Shown here in pieces: positions 57,403-63,199 of a DNA stretch of 63,199 bases (within the stretch, counting starts at the first letter, position 1; every line of letters starts with the position of its first letter). Below the pieces are notes generated by a model. The model did no database searches. It had not been told where the DNA came from and saw nothing but the letters and a program-made list of their open reading frames with translations. The stretch is from Candidatus Woesearchaeota archaeon (GTDB lineage: Archaea > Nanobdellota > Nanobdellia > Woesearchaeales > WJKR01), in assembly GCA_014729015.1 (NCBI GenBank), contig WJKR01000037.1, positions 1 through 63,199 of the forward strand. The letters are read 5' to 3'. The position numbers and the translations under genes are program-made.

Positions 57403-58875
57403 TTAAAAAGGTTTTCTTTTATGCTCTCCGTGCTGCGGGCGGCGTCCCAGTTCGTACGGGAGCAGCAAGAAGCCGCCGATGTAGAAGAGGATGGTCAGCG
57501 CCATGAAGACGAAGAAGACGGCTGCGAGTAGCCATTGGCCTGCCTTGACGGTGCCGAACACGACGTCCTGGTAGTACGTCACGATGTCTATGAAGTACAG
57601 CCAGGTGTAGACGGCGAAGAATACTATGCTCGCGCCGACCCAGAGCTTCTGCACCTCCTTGAACAGTCGGTGGCGGTGGTACCACGCGCACATCAACGCG
57701 CAGGCCATGACGACGACGCCCGCGCTGATCGTCACCGGTGCGGCGTGCCCGATCATGGAGTGTGTCTGCACGTCCACGCCGATGATGTTCGTGGTGTCCA
57801 GCCTGCTGATACGGAACAGTGGCGTGAGCAGGAGCGCTGGGAGACAACTCAGGAAGAGGATGAGCAGCGGTCGTCTCATGCTTGGGTGCCGGCGGTGGTA
57901 CAAGTGGTACCAGATGATGGCCGGGGAGATGAACAGGAGGGTGTAGCCGATGTTGTTCGCGAGGAACACGACGATTAGCGAGGCCTTACTCACCACGCCC
58001 GTCAGCGACGCCCAGTCATGCGCCAGCGCGGCCCAGACGTGCTCGTGGCCAGCGCCGAGGAAACCGAAGTAGAGCTGGTCCCGCACTGCGGTCAGGTAGG
58101 GGATGAGGAAGTTGCCGATGTCCGTCAACAGGTGCAGCACGAGCAGTCCGACGATGCCGAGCAGGAAGGTCTCCTTGTAGCGGAAGTGGTCGATGAACGA
58201 CCGGTAGAACTCGTTCCCCACGTTGCCCGCCCTGTCGAGGAACCGGTGGACGGAGAGCCGGTGCCTGACCACGAACACGCTGTAGAAGAGCAGTCCGAGC
58301 AGGATGATGGTCGCGTCGACCGCGATGGCCAACCATTCCATCATCATGTTGAACACGAACAGGAAGAATCCGAACAGGACCAGCAGGGTCATGGAGAACC
58401 GTTCGGCCAACCGCTTCTCCGGCACTCCTTCCTCGTGCAGGACGCCCATGACGCTCCGTTTCAGGAATGGCTCTTGCCGGGCGACGTAGACGCCGATGCC
58501 GATGAGCAGGAGGATGCCGACCCCGAAGGTCCACAGCTCATAGGAGGCGTGGTGCCTGATGAGGTGCTGATAGAATGGTTGCAGGAACGGCGACGCCGTC
58601 TCCGCAGCGATGTCTGCGTAGGAGATGAGGTTTTTGACGATGAGCAGGAAGTAGGAGACGATGAGCAGGATGTCGAGGTCCTCCTTTCTCCGTCCGAAGA
58701 ACACCTTGGTCGGGCTCGCCCGGTACAGCACGTAGCCGAGCAGCGTCCAGCTGATGAGCTTCTTGACGTAGTCGAGCTCGGCGCCGATCACTTCGGAGAA
58801 GTCCAGCACGTTGAGGATGATGAGCAGGAACAGGAACGCGTCAGTCCATCCGATGAGTGATTTGCGTGCTGCCAT
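57403..58875 (-). CDS. polytopic integral membrane protein, unknown function
   Basis: 490 aa with at least 10 hydrophobic segments. An SD gaggtgg lies upstream of the ATG at 58875, and a TATA-like gttttaagg lies at 58911-58920. Confidence 0.6.
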   Translation of the reverse strand: MAARKSLIGWTDAFLFLLIILNVLDFSEVIGAELDYVKKLISWTLLGYVLYRASPTKVFFGRRKEDLDILLIVSYFLLIVKNLISYADIAAETASPFLQPFYQHLIRHHASYELWTFGVGILLLIGIGVYVARQEPFLKRSVMGVLHEEGVPEKRLAERFSMTLLVLFGFFLFVFNMMMEWLAIAVDATIILLGLLFYSVFVVRHRLSVHRFLDRAGNVGNEFYRSFIDHFRYKETFLLGIVGLLVLHLLTDIGNFLIPYLTAVRDQLYFGFLGAGHEHVWAALAHDWASLTGVVSKASLIVVFLANNIGYTLLFISPAIIWYHLYHRRHPSMRRPLLILFLSCLPALLLTPLFRISRLDTTNIIGVDVQTHSMIGHAAPVTISAGVVVMACALMCAWYHRHRLFKEVQKLWVGASIVFFAVYTWLYFIDIVTYYQDVVFGTVKAGQWLLAAVFFVFMALTILFYIGGFLLLPYELGRRPQHGEHKRKPF

Positions 58876-58935
58876 GCGCCACCTCTTTTCCCTCTCCTTG
58901 CGCCTGCATCCTTAAAACGTTTGCGTTGGGGAAAA

Positions 58936-58945
58936 GTATAAATAC
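58936..58945 (+). promoter_or_regulatory. TATA box for secreted protein gene (leaderless), divergent from the 58875 gene
   Basis: gtataaatac lies 23 nt upstream of the ATG at 58968. Confidence 0.5.
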
Positions 58946-58967
58946 TCAGCACCCTTGTTTATAAGTC

Positions 58968-60575
58968 ATGCGTTTCGTCGCACTACTCGGCGCTTTCCTC
59001 GCCTTAGGGGTCTTGCTCGTCGGAGCGGATGAGGTCTCACTCCTGGACGGCGCCGTGGCTGATGCTGATGCCGACGGTGTCATCGATGACTATGACGCCT
59101 GTCCGGGCACGCCCGCAGGCACGACCATCGTCGATCCGTCGGCGAACGTCGCCTATGCTGGGTGCACCTGCGATCAGGTAGGGCAGCTCATCGACACGAC
59201 GAACCCGTGCTACTCGTTCTTCTGCTTCGGCACGGTCCTCGAGCTGAGCGAGCGGCCGTACGACGGCCCCGCCGTGGACTGCCCGGACGATTATTGCGAC
59301 GGCTTCACGCTCTTTGATTTCCCGCCTGGTGGGTATCCGCGGTGCATCGACGGCGAGGTCGTCCCTTATTCCTGTGACCCGACGGTGGTGGTGAACGCGT
59401 CCGCGTGTGGCTATGTCCCTCCGTCGGTGGTGAACGTGACGACGCCTCCTGGGAATACTACTGGTGATACCACGACGCTTCCGCCGCAGAACATCACTGC
59501 CGCTCCTCATGATCGATTGGTGGTCAATGCGTCAGGTAACGCGCCGCCGGGCGATGGGCCGATCGTGTCGTCCGCGATCAATTTTTCGGTATCTGCCGCC
59601 GGTACGCGGCCGGTTCCTGTCTTGGCGGGCGACGCGCAGAAGTTCCTCTTGACCGATAGTGAGGTCACGTACGTGTTGCCGGATACCATCTTGCAGGATG
59701 GGGATGCGACCGTGGATGTCCTCTTCGTTACTCGGGGGCGTGGCAGGCGGTTCGACCCGACGCTGGCTGATGATCGCGGCCGAGAGCTGTCCTTGGTCAA
59801 TGTTTCCTGCGCTGAGGATGAGGAGGCGACGTTCTTCTGCTTGGGTGAGTGGGTACTGCCCACGGATGACCGGGGCGAGCAGGAGATTTCCTTGCACTTC
59901 GTCTATGATGAGGGTGGTGGAGAGATTATTGAGGAGGACCTCGCTATCCCGTTCATTGTTGCCCCGCAGCCGTTCGCGCCCCGGCCGTCCCCGCGGGCGG
60001 TGGTCGCTGTTGCTGACGGCGCGGCCGCGGTGTTCGAGCCGCAGGAGACGTTCCTTGTCGAAGCGGTCCATGAGGAGCTCGTGGAGCAGGAGCTCACCGA
60101 TCAGGACGTTGGAGGGTTTGCGGAGCGCATTCAGGAGACGGTGCGATACGTGGCTGTGGAGAAGGGGTCGGTCTATGATGAGGGGAAGAATACGACGACG
60201 TTCTCGCTCTCGGTCGAGCCGGATGAGGGCATCTTTGCTGAGAACGTCTCTGTCATTGAGTACGTCCCGAAAGCGGTCGCTGCCACGGCTGATGAGATTG
60301 TGTTCTCCGTGCCGCCGACGAGGGTGTTGCGGGACGACCCGTTGATTATGTGGCACTTCGCGGCGGTGGAGGAGCGCGTTGACATCTCGTACGAGGTGAA
60401 GGGCGAGGTGCAGGCCACCGGTAACACGATCGTGGCTGCGGAGTCGTTGCAGAACGGGACGTCGCCGTGGTTTATTGTCGTGCCTATGCTGATGATTCCT
60501 TTGATAGTGTTGTTGCTGATCGGGCTGCCGAGGCTGGTGCGCAAGCATCACGAGGAACGGCCGCCGCAGCGGTAG
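58968..60575 (+). CDS. secreted protein with TSP3-like Ca-binding motif and C-terminal membrane anchor
   Basis: The signal is MRFVALLGAFLALGVLLVGA. A DxDxDGxxDxxDxCP motif reads DADADGVIDDYDACPGTP. The C-terminal TM WFIVVPMLMIPLIVLLLIGL is followed by a basic stop-transfer. Confidence 0.7.
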   Translation: MRFVALLGAFLALGVLLVGADEVSLLDGAVADADADGVIDDYDACPGTPAGTTIVDPSANVAYAGCTCDQVGQLIDTTNPCYSFFCFGTVLELSERPYDGPAVDCPDDYCDGFTLFDFPPGGYPRCIDGEVVPYSCDPTVVVNASACGYVPPSVVNVTTPPGNTTGDTTTLPPQNITAAPHDRLVVNASGNAPPGDGPIVSSAINFSVSAAGTRPVPVLAGDAQKFLLTDSEVTYVLPDTILQDGDATVDVLFVTRGRGRRFDPTLADDRGRELSLVNVSCAEDEEATFFCLGEWVLPTDDRGEQEISLHFVYDEGGGEIIEEDLAIPFIVAPQPFAPRPSPRAVVAVADGAAAVFEPQETFLVEAVHEELVEQELTDQDVGGFAERIQETVRYVAVEKGSVYDEGKNTTTFSLSVEPDEGIFAENVSVIEYVPKAVAATADEIVFSVPPTRVLRDDPLIMWHFAAVEERVDISYEVKGEVQATGNTIVAAESLQNGTSPWFIVVPMLMIPLIVLLLIGLPRLVRKHHEERPPQR

Positions 60576-60679
60576 CCTGCTCGTTGCCGCGCTCTTATTA
60601 AAAGCCTTCTGAAGGAAAACATTTTTATACTACGTGGTCTGACAAGGCCTCATCTTATTTAAAAAAAAGGTGGTGGGTG

Positions 60680-62188
60680 ATGATGCGGTTGATGAAGTTT
60701 TTATTCGGTTGTTGCTTGGTGCTCTTCTCCGTGGGCGTGGTTGCGGGAGCGCAGCTGCCCTTGCGTGGCACGGTCTTGAACAGTACCGGTGGTGGTGTTG
60801 ACGGCGATTTGCGCGTGTACATCTACGACGCTGCTGTTGGCGGTACGTTGGTGTATGATTCCGGCGGCGATTTCAATGGTTCTATCGTGGACGGGTCGTA
60901 CGCGGTCGTCTTGGGCAACACCAGCACTGCTTTGAACTTGGTGTACGGCAAGACGTATTACCTGGACTTGGCGGTGAACGCGGAGAACTTTGATTTCAAT
61001 GGTGCTGGCCGGCAGGCGTTCGAGTCGCACGTCGGACCTGTCACGAACATCTCGGCGGTGAACATCTCGGACGCGACGGTGTTGACGAATCTTTCCACTC
61101 CTACCTTGTGTTTGAATGGTGTGTGCAGGACGACGTGGCCGTCCAGTGGTAGTGGCAATGAGACGTTCAATCTCACTGATGATGTCTATATCTATAGTTC
61201 TGGTACGACGTTGTACTTGAATGAGACGCAGCTGAATGCGACGATTGATGCGCGTGCGACTGGCGTGACTGATGGTACTGGTGGTTGGACGAATACTTCT
61301 TCCTGGACTAATACTTCTTTGCATGTCAACGTTTCTGGTAATGTGACGACTGCTGCCCTCTGCCTTTCAGGAGTTTGCTATGCTTCTTGGCCTGCTGCTG
61401 ATAGTGGCAAGGCTGGTGATGGGGTGTACTTGTATAATACTAGCAACACGATGTATTTTAACGAGACAAAATTGAATGCGACAATCGATGCACGCGCCAC
61501 CGGCTTCACGGGCGGTTGGAGCAACAATAGCGTGAATACCACGACTTCTTTGAACGTCGTCAGTAGTGGCAATGTCACCGCTGTTGGTGGTTGGTTTAGT
61601 TGGTTAGGATCTGTTGGAAATTTTATTACTTCATTGTTTGTACAAGATGTGAATGTTACTGGTAATTTGACTTTGAATGGTACTCCTATTGATGATTGGG
61701 GTGATATTTCTGGTGGTGCTGATGGTACTGGTGGTTGGGCGAATGATTCTGTGAGCACGAATACTTCGCTGGATGTCTTCGTCAATGGTTCGTTGAACGT
61801 CACGGGTAATGTGACGGTGGATGATCTTACGGTGTTGACGAACGCTTCTGTTCCTGTGTTGTGCCTTAATGGCGATTGTCAGAGCTCATGGCCTGTGGAC
61901 ACGGACACGACTGGGAGCTGGACGAATGATTCGGTGACCACGAACACCTCGTTGGGCGTGGTGATCGACGGCACGTTGGACGTAGCGGGCAATACGACGC
62001 TGACCAACCTCACCACGACGGGCAATGTGACTATCGGTGACGTGCTGTACTTGAACGTGAGAGATTCTTTGCCAACCGCGGTTACAGGAGCAGTCATCTT
62101 ATACAATAACTCTGGCCCGGTGTTCCCGTGCTTCTACAACAGCACAGCGTGGGTGAGGTTCGAGAACTCATCGATGACGTGTCCATGA
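60680..62188 (+). CDS. secreted repeat protein saturated with N-glycosylation sequons
   Basis: The signal is LMKFLFGCCLVLFSVGVVAGA. By hand count there are ~37 N-x-S/T sequons in 502 aa. LCL(N/S)G.C...WP occurs three times, and (L/M)Y(L/F)NET(Q/K)LNATIDARATG occurs twice. I prefer the ATG at 60680 (SD aaggtggtg) over the GTG at 60677. Confidence 0.75.
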   Translation: MMRLMKFLFGCCLVLFSVGVVAGAQLPLRGTVLNSTGGGVDGDLRVYIYDAAVGGTLVYDSGGDFNGSIVDGSYAVVLGNTSTALNLVYGKTYYLDLAVNAENFDFNGAGRQAFESHVGPVTNISAVNISDATVLTNLSTPTLCLNGVCRTTWPSSGSGNETFNLTDDVYIYSSGTTLYLNETQLNATIDARATGVTDGTGGWTNTSSWTNTSLHVNVSGNVTTAALCLSGVCYASWPAADSGKAGDGVYLYNTSNTMYFNETKLNATIDARATGFTGGWSNNSVNTTTSLNVVSSGNVTAVGGWFSWLGSVGNFITSLFVQDVNVTGNLTLNGTPIDDWGDISGGADGTGGWANDSVSTNTSLDVFVNGSLNVTGNVTVDDLTVLTNASVPVLCLNGDCQSSWPVDTDTTGSWTNDSVTTNTSLGVVIDGTLDVAGNTTLTNLTTTGNVTIGDVLYLNVRDSLPTAVTGAVILYNNSGPVFPCFYNSTAWVRFENSSMTCP

Positions 62189-62198
62189 GGTTAACTCT

Positions 62199-63199
62199 AT
62201 GCAGCGAAAAATCCTTTTGTTGTCGCTGGCCTTGGTCGTCCTAAGCGGCGTGGCGCTCGCGACGGACAATGATGTGACGTTGAGCATGCATGGCTTGGTC
62301 GCGACGGGCAACAGTTCTAATTACACGATAGAACTCTATGATGTGCCGTTGGTCGCGCCCGGGAATAGTTCTAATTATACGCATAATGAGAGTGTGTACG
62401 CGTACGCTGCCGAGCCGTACGTGGCGCCGTCGTCCCCGCCTGATGACGATGATGATGACGGGCCTGGCGGTAGCAGAACGGGTGACTTCTATTGGCCGAC
62501 GACGGTGGAGGAGTCTGCTGACGAGGAAGTCCCTGACCGGCTGTTCACCACGTATGCGTCTTCTGCGAACAATTCCTTGCGGGTGGAGAGTCCTCGTGAC
62601 GACATCGCGTTGTCCTCTTTTTCCGCCTCGCTCGTCGAGGACAAGCAGCACGTCCGCATCCGGGTCGTCGAGGAGGGCAATCCCGAGTTGCGGAACGAAC
62701 TCCAATCGTTTACTGGCAGGACGTATTGCTTGTTTGAGGTCACGCACGAGGAAGTCGATGACGAGGAGATCATGTCTGCGATGTTGTCATTCAAGGTGAA
62801 CAAGTCATGGGTGGAGCGTCAGAGCGCGACGCGGCATGATGTCGTCCTGTACCGGTTCGTGAAGTGGGTGTGGGAGGATTTGGTGACGACGTATGAGGAG
62901 CAGGACGAGGACTATTATTATTATGAGGCGTCGTCGCCCGGGCTGAGCGTGTTCATGGTCGGTATCGAGGAGGCCTTGCCGCCTGCGAACGAGTCGGTGA
63001 ACGTCTCTTCGCCGCCGGTCACCGGCGACGTCGTTGTTGAGACGCCGCCGAGCGATGGTGACGAGCCTGCGTGGCAGGAATCATTGCCGATGTTCGATCG
63101 GGTGTGGCAGTTGCCGTGGTGGGCCTGGATGATTGTTGTCGTGGTCATCGGCGGCATCGTCGTCGGCGTGGTGTTCGCGAAGCGTGGGCGTGGTGTTGC
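62199..63199 (+). CDS. PGF-pre-PGF-like domain surface protein, 3' partial (runs off window)
   Basis: This ORF is absent from the ORF track; I translated it by hand with no stop to the window end. The signal is MQRKILLLSLALVVLSGVALA. The segment CLFEVTHEEVDDEEIMSAMLSFKVNKSWVERQSATRHDVVLYRFVKWVWEDLVTTY...YYYYEASSPGLSVFMVG matches the archaeal PGF-pre-PGF pattern. The C-terminal TM is WWAWMIVVVVIGGIVVGVVFAKRGRG. Confidence 0.7.
   Translation, partial: MQRKILLLSLALVVLSGVALATDNDVTLSMHGLVATGNSSNYTIELYDVPLVAPGNSSNYTHNESVYAYAAEPYVAPSSPPDDDDDDGPGGSRTGDFYWPTTVEESADEEVPDRLFTTYASSANNSLRVESPRDDIALSSFSASLVEDKQHVRIRVVEEGNPELRNELQSFTGRTYCLFEVTHEEVDDEEIMSAMLSFKVNKSWVERQSATRHDVVLYRFVKWVWEDLVTTYEEQDEDYYYYEASSPGLSVFMVGIEEALPPANESVNVSSPPVTGDVVVETPPSDGDEPAWQESLPMFDRVWQLPWWAWMIVVVVIGGIVVGVVFAKRGRGV

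Noticed and set aside
58876-58967. Divergent 92-nt intergenic region considered as a possible replication origin, given the orientation switch and the compositional change nearby.
   Set aside because: It is too short, has no repeated ORB-like elements or extended AT-rich unwinding region, and no cdc6/orc1 gene is adjacent. It is adequately explained as two back-to-back promoters.
1-63199. rRNA and tRNA genes anywhere in the window.
   Set aside because: Nearly all sequence is occupied by protein-coding ORFs. The few intergenic gaps (2255-2543, 17048-17336, 50940-50986, 58876-58967, 60576-60679) contain no tRNA-like cloverleaf signatures that I could see.

Overview
Archaeal chromosomal window. 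It is GC-rich and probably from a small-genome, DPANN-type lineage. That lineage call is an inference from the fused PriS-PriL primase, the missing adk/cmk after secY, and the dominance of surface proteins.

(1) 0.1-17.9 kb, all on the + strand:
- a small CheD-like ORF and a fused PriS-PriL(CTD) primase;
- the canonical archaeal ribosomal-protein supercluster uL3-uL4-uL23-uL2-uS19-uL22-uS3-uL29-aSUI1-Rpp29-uS17-uL14-uL24-eS4-uL5-uS14-uS8-uL6-eL32-eL19-uL18-uS5-uL30-uL15-SecY;
- a DUF106/YidC-like insertase and an Rpp30-like RNase P subunit.
Several ribosomal proteins carry long Lys/Ala/Pro-rich C-terminal tails.

(2) 17.9-50.9 kb is a 33-kb accessory block, on the + strand except for one small antisense NTase cassette.
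- Four giant cysteine-rich secreted proteins (1997, 1058, 1276 and 1718 aa) occupy 17.9-38.0 kb.
- The stop of the last one overlaps the start of a 13-kb array of 17 tightly packed genes, two of them micro-ORFs below the ORF-track cutoff.
- All 17 products begin with an archaeal class III (type IV prepilin-like) signal: basic residues, then G/A, then Q/G/S, then a hydrophobic helix.
- The array includes three paralogous 6-Cys mini-pilins with their own promoter, a TPM-domain member and a member with a J-domain lacking HPD.
- The terminal 1025-aa member combines an apparently intact peptidoglycan amidase (Amidase_2), an SLT-like domain lacking the catalytic Glu, and an FN3-like domain.
- No pilus ATPase, platform protein or prepilin peptidase lies in the window.
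I consider this block the candidate novel system: a pilus-like, murein-targeting cell-surface or host-interaction apparatus.

(3) 51-63 kb:
- RPA;
- a minus-strand block of a membrane-anchored ArsR-like regulator, an ABC ATPase, a YhgE-like ABC-2 permease and membrane proteins;
- three more secreted proteins, one saturated with N-glycosylation sequons and one PGF-pre-PGF-like that runs off the window end.

No rRNA, tRNA, CRISPR array, transposase or integrase was recognised. Most promoters look like TATA boxes about 25 nt upstream of the start codon (leaderless mRNAs). All domain calls come from motif recognition by eye and need HMM or structure confirmation.
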